A DNA stretch of 64,000 bases, from assembly GCA_964016885.1 (NCBI GenBank), contig OZ024743.1:142848001-142912000 (forward strand), in the 5' to 3' direction. The notes beneath the pieces are model-generated. The model ran no database searches. It was not told where the DNA came from and saw nothing but the letters and a program-made list of their open reading frames with translations. Source of the DNA: Eledone cirrhosa. Its lineage: Eukaryota. The first letter of the stretch is position 1; every line of letters begins with the position of its first letter. Shown here piece by piece: positions 29,480 to 42,508 of this stretch. The position numbers and the translations under genes were made by a program.

Positions 29480-32400
29480 GCACCAAGCACCAAACACCAA
29501 GCACCAGGCACCAAGCCCCAAACATCAAGCACCATGCACCAAACACCAAACACCAAGCACCAAGTACATACACCAAGCACCAAACACCAAACACAAAACA
29601 CCAAGCACCAAGCACCAAACACCAAGCACCAAGCACCAAGTACATACACCAAGCACCAAACACCAAACACAAAACACCAAGCACCAAACACCAAGCACCA
29701 AGCACCAAACATCAAACCCCAAGCACCAAGCACCAAACACTAATCACCCAGCACCAAGCACCAAGCACCAAACACCAAGCACCAAGCACCAAGCACCAAG
29801 TACCAAACACCAAACACCAAGCACCAAACACCAAACACCAAGCACCAAGCACCAGGCACCAAACACCAGGCACCAAGCACCAAACACCAGCCACCAAGCA
29901 CCAAGCACCAAACACCAAACACCAAGCACTAAGCACCAAACACCAAACAACAAGCACCAGGTACCGAGCACCAAACACCAAACAACAAGCACCAAGCACC
30001 AAGCACCAAACACCAAACACCAAACACCAAACACCAAACACCAAGCACCAAGCACCAAACACCAAACACCAAACAGCAAGCACCAAGCACCAAACACCAA
30101 GCACCAAGCACCAAACAACAAACACCAAGGACCATGCACCAAACACAAATCACCAAGCACCAAGCACCAAACACCAAGCACCAAGCAGTAAGCACCAAAC
30201 ACCAAACACCAAGCACCAAGCACCAAGCACCAAACACCAAGCACCAAGCACCAAACACCAAACCCCAAGCACCAAAGACCAAGCACCAAGCACCAAGGAC
30301 CAAACACCAAGCACCAAGCACCAAGCACCAAGCACCAAACACCAAGCACCAAGCACCAAACACCCAGCACCAAGCACCAAGCACCAAACACCAAGCACCA
30401 AGCACCAAACACCAAACACCAAACACCAAGCACCAAGCACCAAACAGCAAGCACCAAGCACCAAACACCAAGCACCAAGCACCAAACAACAAACACCAAG
30501 GACCATGCACCAAACACTAATCACCAAGCACCAAGCACCAAACACCAAACAGCAAGCACCAAACACCAAACACCAAACACCAAACACCAAACAGCAAGCA
30601 CCAAACACCAAACAGCAAACAGCAAACGCCAAACACCAAGCACCAAGCACCAAGCACCAAGCACCAAACACCAAGCACCAAGCACTAAGCATTAAACACC
30701 AAACACCAAGCACCAAGGACCAGGCACCAAACACCAAGCACCAAGCACCAAACACCAAACCCCAAGCACCATGCACCAAACACCAAACACCAAGCACCAA
30801 ACACCAGCCACCAAGCACCAAGCACCAAACACCAAACACCAAGCACTAAGCACCAAACACCAAACAACAAGCACCAGGCACCAAGCACTAAACACCAAAC
30901 AACAAGCACCAAGCACCAAACACCAAGCACCAAGCACCAAGCACCAAACACCAAGCACCAAGCACCAAACACCAAACACCAAACACCAAACACCAAACAC
31001 CAAGCACCAAGCACCAAACACCAAACACCAAACAGCAAGCACCAAGCACCAAACACCAAGCACCAAGCACCAAACAACAAACACCAAGGACGATGCACGA
31101 AACACTAATCACCAAGCACCAAGCACCAAACACTAAGCACCAAGCAGAAAGCACCAAACACCAAGCACCAAGCACCAAACACCAAGCACCAAGCACCAAA
31201 CACCAAACCCCAAGCACCAAAGACCAAGCACCAAGCACCAAGGCCCAAACACCAAGCACCAAGCACCAAACACCAAGCACCAAGCACCAAACACCCAGCA
31301 CCAAGCACCAAGCACCAAACACCAAGCACCAAGCACCAAACAACAAACACCAAACACCAAGCCCCAAGCACCGAACAGCAAGCACCAAACACCAAACACC
31401 AAACACCATACAGCAAACACCAAACACCAAGCACCAAGCACCAAACACCAAACCCCAAGCACCAAGCACTAAACACTAATATCCAAGCACCAAGCACCAA
31501 ACACCAAACACCAAACACCAAACACCAAAGACCAAGCACCAAGCACCAAGCAACAATCACCAAACAATAAGCACCAAGCACCAAGCACCAAACACCAAGC
31601 ACCAAGCACCAAACACCAACCACCCAGCACCAAGCACCAAGCATAAAACACCAAGCACCAAACACCAAACACCAAACACCAAGCACCAAGCACCAAGCAC
31701 CAAACACCAAGCACCAAGCACCAAGCACCAAACACCAAGCCCCAAGCACCAAGCACCAAACACCAAACACCAAGCACCAAGCACCAAACACCAAGCACCA
31801 AGCACCAAGCACCTAGCACCAATCACCAAACACCAAGCACCAAGCACCAAACACCAAGCACCAATCACCAAGCACCAAACACCAAGCAGCAAGCAGCAAG
31901 CACCAAACACGAAACACCAAGCACCAAGCACCAAACACCAAACACCAAGCACCAAGGACCAAACATCAAACACCAAGCACCAAGCACCAAACACCTAACA
32001 CCAAGCACCAAGCACCAAGCACCAAGCACCGAACACCAAGCACCAAACACCTAGCACCAAACACCAAGCACCAAGCACCAAACACCAAAGACCAAGCACC
32101 AAGCACCTAGCACCAAAGACAAAGCACCAGGCACCAAGCCCCAAACACCAAGCACCATGCACCAAACACCAAGCACCAAGCACGAAGCACCAAACACCAA
32201 GCACCAAGCACCAAACAATTAACACCAAGCACCAAGCACCAATCACCAAACACCAAGCACCAAACACCAAACACCAAGCACCAAACACAAAGCACCAAGC
32301 ACCAAACACCAAGCACCAAGCACCAAGCACCAAACACCAAGAACCAAGCACCAAACACCAAGCACCAAGCACTAAGTACATACACCAAGCACCAAACACC

Positions 32401-35400
32401 AAACACAAAACACCAAGCACCTGGCAACAAGCATCAAACACCAAGCATCAACCACCAAACACCAAGTACCAAGCACCAAACACCAAACACCAAGCACCAA
32501 GCACCAAGCACCAAACACCAAGCACCCAGCACCAAACACCAAGCACAAAGCACCAAGCACCAAACACCAAACACCAAGCACCAAGCACCAAACACCAAAA
32601 CCCAAACACTAGACACCAAGCACTAAACACGAAACACCAAACACCAAGCACCAAGCACCAAACACTAATCAGCAAGCACCAAGCACCAAACAACAAGCAC
32701 CAAGCACCAAGCACCGGGCACCAAGCACCAAGCACCAAACACAGAACACCAAGCACCAAGCACCAAGCACCATGCAGCAATAACCAAGCATCAAACACCA
32801 AACACCAAACACCAAGCACTAAACACCAAACACCAAGCACTAAGCACCAAGCACCAAGCACCAAACTCCAAGCACCCAGCACCAAACACCAAACACCAAG
32901 CACCAAGCACCAAACACCAAACACCAACACCAAGCACCAAGCACCAAACACCAAACACCAAGCACCAAACACCAGACACCAAGCACCAAACACCAAACAC
33001 CAAGCACCAAGCACCAAACACCAAACAACAAGCACCAGGCACCAAGCACCAAACACCAAGCACCAAGCACCAAACACCAAGCACCAAGCACCAAATGCCA
33101 AACACCAAGCACCAAGCACCAAACACCAAACACCAAACACCAAACACCAAACACCAAACAGCAAACACCAAATACGAAACAGCAAACACCTTACAGCAAA
33201 CACCAAATACCAAAAAGCAGACACTAAACAGCAAACACCAAACACCAAGCACTAAGCACAAAACACCAAACCCCAAGCATCAAGCACCAAACACTAATCA
33301 CCAAGCACCAACCACCAAACACCAAGCACCAAGCACCAAGCACCAAACACCAAGCACCAAGCACCAAGCACCAAACACCAAACACCAAGCACCAAAGACC
33401 AAGCACCAAGCACCAAACAACAAGCACCAAGCACCAAGCACCAAACACCAAGCACCAAGCACCAAACACCAACCAACCAGCACCAAGCACCAAGCACCAA
33501 ACAGCAAGCACCAAAAACCAAACAGCAAACAGCAAACGCCAAACACCAAGCACCAAGCACCAAACACCAAGCACCAAGCACCAAGCATTAAACACCAAAC
33601 AGCAAACACCAAACACGAAACAGCAAACACCATACAGCAAACACCAAACACCAAACACCAAGCACCAAACACCAAACCCCAAGCACCAAGCACCAAACAC
33701 TAATAACCAAGCACCAAGCACCAAGCACCAAACACCAAGCACCAAGCACCAAGCACCAAACACCAAGCACCAAGCACCAAGCACCAATCACCAAACAATA
33801 AGCACCAAGCACCAAGCACCAAACACCAAGCAACAAGCACCAAACACCAACCACCCAGCAACAAGCACCAAGCACAAAACACCAAGCACCAAACACCAAA
33901 CACCAAACACCAAGCACCAAGCACCAAGCACCAAACACCAAGCACCAAGCACCAAGCACCAAACACCAAGCCCCAAGCACCAAGCACCAAACACCAAACA
34001 CCAAGCACCAAGCACCAAACACCAAGCACCAAGCACCAAGCACCAAGCACCAATCACCAAGCACCAAACACCAAGCAGCAAGCAGCAAGCACCAAACACG
34101 AAACACCAAGCACCAAGCACCAAACACCAAACACCAAGCACCAAGGACCAAACATCAAACACCAAGCACCAAGCACCAAACACCTAACACCAAGCACCAA
34201 GCACCAAGCACCAAGCACCGAACACCAAGCACCAAACACCTAGCACCAAACACCAAGCACCAAGCACCAAACACCAAAGACCAAGCACCAAGCACCTAAC
34301 ACCAAACACAAAGCACCAGGCACCAAGCCCCAAACACCAAGCACCATGCACCAAACACCAAGCACCAAGCACGAAGCACCAAACACCAAGCACCAAGCAC
34401 CAAACACTTAACACCAAGCACCAAGCACCAAGCACCAAGCACCAAACACCAAGCACCAAACACCAAACACCAAGCACCAAACACCAAGCACCAAGCACCA
34501 AACACCAAGCACCAAGCACCAAGCACCAAACACCAAGAACCAAGCACCAAACACCAAGCACCAAGCACCAAGTACATACACCAAGCACCAAACACCAAAC
34601 ACAAAACACCAAGCACCAAGCAACAAGCATCAAACACCAAGTTTCACACACCAAACACCAAGTACCAAGCACCAAACACCAAACACCAAGCACCAAACAC
34701 CAAACACCAAGCACCAAGCACCAAACACCAAGCACCAAGCACCAAACGCCAAACACCAAGCACCAAGCAGCAAACACCAAGCACCAAACACCAAACACCA
34801 AACACCAAACAGCAAACACCAAATACGAAACAGCAAACACCATACAGCATACACCAAATACCAAAAAGCAGACACCAAACAGCAAACACCAAACAACAAG
34901 CACTAAGCACAAAACACAAAACCCCAGGCATCAAGCACCAAACACTAATCACCAAGCACCAACCACCAAACACCAAGCACCAAGCACCAAGCACCAAACA
35001 CCAAGCACCAAGCACCAAGCACCAAACACCAAACACCAAGCACCAAAGACCAAGCACCAAGCACCAAACAACAAGCACCAAGCACCAAGCACCAAACACC
35101 AAGCACCAAGCACCAAACACCAACCAACCAGCACCAAGCACCAAGCACCAAACAGCAAGCACCAAACACCAAACAGCAAACAGCAAACGCCAAACACCAA
35201 ACACCAAGCACCAAACACCAAGCACCAAGCACCAAGCATTAAACACCAAACAGCAAACACCAAACACGAAACAGCAAACACCATACAGCAAACACCAAAC
35301 ACCAAACACCAAGCACCAAACACCAAACCCCAAGCACCAAGCACCAAACACTAATAACCAAGCACCAAGCACCAAGCACCAAACACCAAGCACCAAACAC

Positions 35401-38400
35401 CAAGCACCAAGCACCAAGCACCAAACACCAAACACCAAACACCAAACACCAAGCACCAAGCACCAAACACCAAGCACCAGGCACCAAGCCCCAAACATCA
35501 AGCACCATGCACCAAACACCAAACACCAAGCACCAAGTACATACACCAAGCACCAAACACCAAACACAAAACACCAAGCACCAAGCACCAAACACCAAGC
35601 ACCAAGCACCAAGTACATACACCAAGCACCAAACACCAAACACAAAACACCAAGCACCAAACACCAAGCACCAAGCACCAAACATCAAACCCCAAGCACC
35701 AAGCACCAAACACTAATCACCCAGCACCAAGCACCAAGCACCAAACACCAAGCACCAAGCACCAAGCACCAAGTACCAAACACCAAACACCAAGCACCAA
35801 ACACCAAGCACCAAGCACCAGGCACCAAACACCAGGCACCAAGCACCAAACACCAGCCACCAAGCACCAAGCACCAAACACCAAACACCAAGCACTAAGC
35901 ACCAAACACCAAACAACAAGCACCAGGCACCAAGCACTAAACACCAAACAACAAGCACCAAGCACCAAACACCAAGCACCAAGCACCAAGCACCAAACAC
36001 CAAGCACCAAGCACCAAACACCAAACACCAAACACCAAACACCAAACACCAAGCACCAAGCACCAAACACCAAACACCAAACAGCAAGCACCAAGCACCA
36101 AACACCAAGCACCAAGCACCAAACAACAAACACCAAGGACGATGCACGAAACACTAATCACCAAGCACCAAGCACCAAACACTAAGCACCAAGCAGCAAG
36201 CACCAAACACCAAACACCAAGCACCAAACACCAAGCACCAAGCACCAAACACCAAACCCCAAGCACCAAAGACCAAGCACCAAGCACCAAGGCCCAAACA
36301 CCAAGCACCAAGCACCAAACACCAAGCACCAAGCACCAAACACCCAGCACCAAGCACCAAGCACCAAACACCAAGCACCAAGCACCAAACAACAAACACC
36401 AAACACCAAGCCCCAAGCACCGAACAGCAAGCACCAAACACCAAACACCAAACACCATACAGCAAACACCAAACACCAAGCACCAAGCACCAAACACCAA
36501 ACCCCAAGCACCAAGCACTAAACACTAATATCCAAGCACCAAGCACCAAACACCAAACACCAAACACCAAACACCAAAGACCAAGCACCAAGCACCAAGC
36601 AACAATCACCAAACAATAAGCACCAAGCACCAAGCACCAAACACCAAGCACCAAGCACCAAACACCAACCACCCAGCACCAAGCACCAAGCATAAAACAC
36701 CAAGCACCAAACACCAAACACCAAACACCAAGCACCAAGCACCAAACACCAAGCACCAAGCACCAAGCACCAAACACCAAGCCCCAAGCACCAAGCACCA
36801 AACACCAAACACCAAGCACCAAGCACCAAACACCAAGCACCAAGCACCAAGCACCTAGCACCAATCACCAAACACCAAGCACCAAGCACCAAACACCAAG
36901 CACCAATCACCAAGCACCAAACACCAAGCAGCAAGCAGCAAGCACCAAACACGAAACACCAAGCACCAAGCACCAAACACCAAACACCAAGCACCAAGGA
37001 CCAAACATCAAACACCAAGCACCAAGCACCAAACACCTAACACCAAGCACCAAGCACCAAGCACCAAGCACCGAACACCAAGCACCAAACACCTAGCACC
37101 AAACACCAAGCACCAAGCACCAAACACCAAAGACCAAGCACCAAGCACCTAGCACCAAAGACAAAGCACCAGGCACCAAGCCCCAAACACCAAGCACCAT
37201 GCACCAAACACCAAGCACCAAGCACGAAGCACCAAACACCAAGCACCAAGCACCAAACAATTAACACCAAGCACCAAGCACCAATCACCAAACACCAAGC
37301 ACCAAACACCAAACACCAAGCACCAAACACAAAGCACCAAGCACCAAACACCAAGCACCAAGCACCAAGCACCAAACACCAAGAACCAAGCACCAAACAC
37401 CAAGCACCAAGCACTAAGTACATACACCAAGCACCAAACACCAAACACAAAACACCAAGCACCTGGCAACAAGCATCAAACACCAAGCATCAAACACCAA
37501 ACACCAAGCACCAAGCACCAAGCACCAAACACCAAGCACCCAGCACCAAACACCAAGCACAAAGCACCAAGCACCAAACACCAAACACCAAGCACCAAGC
37601 ACCAAACACCAAAACCCAAACACTAGACACCAAGCACTAAACACGAAACACCAAACACCAAGCACCAAGCACCAAACACTAATCAGCAAGCACCAAGCAC
37701 CAAACAACAAGCACCAAGCACCAAGCACCGGGCACCAAGCACCAAGCACCAAACACAGAACACCAAGCACCAAGCACCAAGCACCATGCAGCAATAACCA
37801 AGCATCAAACACCAAACACCAAACACCAAGCACTAAACACCAAACACCAAGCACTAAGCACCAAGCACCAAGCACCAAACTCCAAGCACCCAGCACCAAA
37901 CACCAAACACCAAGCACCAAGCACCAAACACCAAACACCAACACCAAGCACCAAGCACCAAACACCAAACACCAAGCACCAAACACCAGACACCAAGCAC
38001 CAAACACCAAACACCAAGCACCAAGCACCAAACACCAAACAACAAGCACCAGACACCAAGCACCAAACACCAAGCACCAAGCACCAAACACCAAGCACCA
38101 AGCACCAAATGCCAAACACCAAGCACCAAGCACCAAACACCAAACACCAAACACCAAACACCAAACACCAAACAGCAAACACCAAATACGAAACAGCAAA
38201 CACCTTACAGCAAACACCAAATACCAAAAAGCAGACACTAAACAGCAAACACCAAACACCAAGCACTAAGCACAAAACACCAAACCCCAAGCATCAAGCA
38301 CCAAACACTAATCACCAAGCACCAACCACCAAACACCAAGCACCAAGCACCAAGCACCAAACACCAAGCACCAAGCACCAAGCACCAAACACCAAACACC

Positions 38401-40480
38401 AAGCACCAAAGACCAAGCACCAAGCACCAAACAACAAGCACCAAGCACCAAGCACCAAACACCAAGCACCAAGCACCAAACACCAACCAACCAGCACCAA
38501 GCACCAAGCACCAAACAGCAAGCACCAAAAACCAAACAGCAAACAGCAAACGCCAAACACCAAGCACCAAGCACCAAACACCAAGCACCAAGCACCAAGC
38601 ATTAAACACCAAACAGCAAACACCAAACACGAAACAGCAAACACCATACAGCAAACACCAAACACCAAACACCAAGCACCAAACACCAAACCCCAAGCAC
38701 CAAGCACCAAACACTAATAACCAAGCACCAAGCACCAAGCACCAAACACCAAGCACCAAGCACCAAGCACCAAACACCAAGCACCAAGCACCAAGCACCA
38801 ATCACCAAACAATAAGCACCAAGCACCAAGCACCAAACACCAAGCAACAAGCACCAAACACCAACCACCCAGCAACAAGCACCAAGCACAAAACACCAAG
38901 CACCAAACACCAAACACCAAACACCAAGCACCAAGCACCAAGCACCAAACACCAAGCACCAAGCACCAAGCACCAAACACCAAGCCCCAAGCACCAAGCA
39001 CCAAACACCAAACACCAAGCACCAAGCACCAAACACCAAGCACCAAGCACCAAGCACCAAGCACCAATCACCAAGCACCAAACACCAAGCAGCAAGCAGC
39101 AAGCACCAAACACGAAACACCAAGCACCAAGCACCAAACACCAAACACCAAGCACCAAGGACCAAACATCAAACACCAAGCACCAAGCACCAAACACCTA
39201 ACACCAAGCACCAAGCACCAAGCACCAAGCACCGAACACCAAGCACCAAACACCTAGCACCAAACACCAAGCACCAAGCACCAAACACCAAAGACCAAGC
39301 ACCAAGCACCTAACACCAAACACAAAGCACCAGGCACCAAGCCCCAAACACCAAGCACCATGCACCAAACACCAAGCACCAAGCACGAAGCACCAAACAC
39401 CAAGCACCAAGCACCAAACACTTAACACCAAGCACCAAGCACCAAGCACCAAGCACCAAACACCAAGCACCAAACACCAAACACCAAGCACCAAACACCA
39501 AGCACCAAGCACCAAACACCAAGCACCAAGCACCAAGCACCAAACACCAAGAACCAAGCACCAAACACCAAGCACCAAGCACCAAGTACATACACCAAGC
39601 ACCAAACACCAAACACAAAACACCAAGCACCAAGCAACAAGCATCAAACACCAAGCTTCACACACCAAACACCAAGTACCAAGCACCAAACACCAAACAC
39701 CAAGCACCAAACACCAAACACCAAGCACCAAGCACCAAACACCAAGCACCAAGCACCAAACGCCAAACACCAAGCACCAAGCACCAAACACCAAGCACCA
39801 AACACCAAACACCAAACACCAAACAGCAAACACCAAATACGAAACAGCAAACACCATACAGCATACACCAAATACCAAAAAGCAGACACCAAACAGCAAA
39901 CACCAAACAACAAACACTAAGCACAAAACACCAAACCCCAGGCATCAAGCACCAAACACTAATCACCAAGCACCAACCACCAAACACCAAGCACCAAGCA
40001 CCAAGCACCAAACACCAAGCACCAAGCACCAAGCACCAAACACCAAACACCAAGCACCAAATACCAAGCACCAAGCACCAAACAACAAGCACCAAGCACC
40101 AAGCACCAAACACCAAGCACCAAGCACCAAACACCAACCAACCAGCACCAAGCACCAAGCACCAAACAGCAAGCACCAAACACCAAACAGCAAACAGCAA
40201 ACGCCAAACACCAAACACCAAGCACCAAACACCAAGCACCAAGCACCAAGCATTAAACACCAAACAGCAAACACCAAACACGAAACAGCAAACACCATAC
40301 AGCAAACACCAAACACCAAACACCAAGCACCAAACACCAAACCCCAAGCACCAAGCACCAAACACTAATAACCAAGCACCAAGCACCAAGCACCAAACAC
40401 CAAGCACCAAACACCAAGCACCAAGCACCAAGCACCAAACACCAAACACCAAACACCAAACACCAAGCACCAAGCACCAA
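29480..40480 (+). repeat. HOR tandem duplication C: about 29480-35466 copied at about 35453-40480 (offsets 5973, 5966, 5049, 5042, 5014)
   Basis: ORF pairs 29525/35498 (+5973), 30888/35937 (+5049), 31995/37037 (+5042), and 33095/38109, 34949/39963 (+5014). Markers GGACGATGCACG, CTAATATCC and CACCTTACAGC are shared. Confidence 0.92.
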
Positions 40481-42468
40481 GCACCAATCACCAAACAATA
40501 AGCACCAAGCACCAAGCACCAAACACCAAGCACCAAGCACCAAACACCAACCACCCAGCAACAAGCACCAAGCACAAAACACCAAGCACCAAACACCAAA
40601 CACCAAACACCAAGCACCAAGCACCAAGCACCAAACACCAAGCACCAAGCACCAAGCACCAAACACCAGGCCCCAAGCACCAAGCACCAAACACCAAACA
40701 CCAAGCACCAAGCACCAAACACCAAGCACCAAGCACCAAGCACATAGCACCAAACACCAAACACCAAGCACCAAGCACCAAACACCAAGCACCAATCACC
40801 AAACACCAAACACCAAGCAGCAAGCAGCAAGCACCAAACACGAAACACCAAGCACCAAGCACCAAACACCAAACACCAAGCACCAAGGACCAAACATCAA
40901 ACACCAAGCACCAAGCACCAAACACCTAACACCAAGCACCAAGCACCAAACACCAAGCACCGAACACCAAGCACCAAACACCTAGCACCAAACACCAAGC
41001 ACCAAGCACCAAACACCAAAGACCAAGCACCAAGCACCTAGCACCAAACACAAAGCACCAGGCACCAAGCCCCAAACACCAAGCACCATGCACCAAACAC
41101 CAAGCACCAAGCACGAAGCACCAAACACCAAGCACCAAGCACCAAACACTTAACACCAAGCACCAAGCACCAAGCACCAAACACCAAGCACCAAACACCA
41201 AACACCAAGCACCAAACACCAAGCACCAAGCACCAAGCACCAAACACCAACAACCAAGCACCAAACACCAAGCACCAAGCACCAAGTACATACACCAAGC
41301 ACCAAACACCAAACACAAAACACGAAGCACCAAGCAACAAGCATCAAACACCAAGCATCACACACCAAACACCAAGTACCAAGCACCAAACACCAAACAC
41401 CAAGCACCAAGCACCAAACACCAAGCACCCAGCACCAAACACCAAGCACAAAGCACCAAGCACCAAACACCAAGCACCAAACACCAAACACCAAGCACCA
41501 AGCACCAAACACCAAACACCAAGCACCAAGCACCAAACACCAAAACCCAAACACTAGACACCAAGCACGAAACACCAAACACCAAACACCAAGCACCAAG
41601 CACCAAACACTAATCACCAAGCACCAAGCACCAAACAACAAGCACCAAGCACCATGCACCAGGCACCAAGCATCAAGCACCAAACACAGAACACCAAGCA
41701 CCAAGCACCAAGCACCAAGCAGCAAAAACCAAGCATCAAACACCAAACACCAAACACCAAGCACCAAACACCAAACACCAAGCACTAAGCACCAAACACA
41801 AAACACCAAGCACCAAGCACCAAACACCAAACACCAACACCAAGCACCAAGCACCAAACACCAAACACCAAGCACCAAACACCAGACACCAAGCACCAAA
41901 CACCAAACACCAAGCACCAAGCACCAAGCACCAAACACCAAACACCAAGCACCAAGCACCAAACACCAATCACAAAGCACCAAACGCCAAACACCAAGCA
42001 CCAGGCACCAAACACCAAGCACCAAACACCAAACACCAAACACCAAACAGCAAACACCAAATACGAAACAGCAAACACCATACAGCAAACACCAAATACC
42101 AAAAAGCAGACACCAAACAGCAAACACCAAACACCAAACACCAAGCACTAAGCACAAAACACTAAACCCCAAGCACCAAGCACCAAACTCTAATCACCAA
42201 GCACCAAGCACCAAACACCAAGCACCAAGCACCAAGCACCAATCACCAAACACCAAACACCAAGCACCAAAGACCAAGCACCAAGCACCAAACAACAAGC
42301 ACCAAGCACCAAGCACCAAACACCAAGCACCAAGCACCAAACACCAACCACCCAGCACCAAGCACCAAGCACCAAACACCAAGCACCAAACAGCAACCAC
42401 CAAAGAGCAAGCACCAAGCACCAAGCACCAAACACCAAGCACCAAGCACCAAGCACCAAACACCAAGC

Positions 42469-42508
42469 ACCAAGCACCAAGCACCAAGCTTGGTGCTTGG
42501 TGCTTGGT
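42469..42508. repeat. Spacer-less inversion junction: perfect 40-bp palindrome centred on AAG|CTT (42486-42491)
   Basis: ...ACCAAGCACCAAGCACCAAG|CTTGGTGCTTGGTGCTTGGT... has 20-bp exact arms, with the first mismatch at 42509 (A). Confidence 0.97.

Larger units (their letters stand above)
1..42488 (+). repeat. Heptamer satellite, left arm, consensus (CACCAAR)n, about 6070 monomers; continues beyond the window start
   Basis: Continuous CACCAAG/CACCAAA monomers with single-base variants (CAGCAAA, CATCAAA, CCCCAAG, CACCAAT, CACTAAG, GACCAAG). The + strand is almost entirely A/C and nearly lacks T. Confidence 0.99.

Noticed and set aside
42469-42508. End-to-end telomere fusion site
   Set aside because: The polarity is C-rich then G-rich, the reverse of a fusion signature, and the motif is not a telomere repeat I recognise.
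42469-42508. Fold-back sequencing chimera, intrinsic terminator or cloning HindIII join
   Set aside because: The arms are not mirror copies beyond 20 bp, and there is no loop, U-tract or upstream gene. A HindIII ligation is unlikely because the monomer lacks the site, though read support is still needed.
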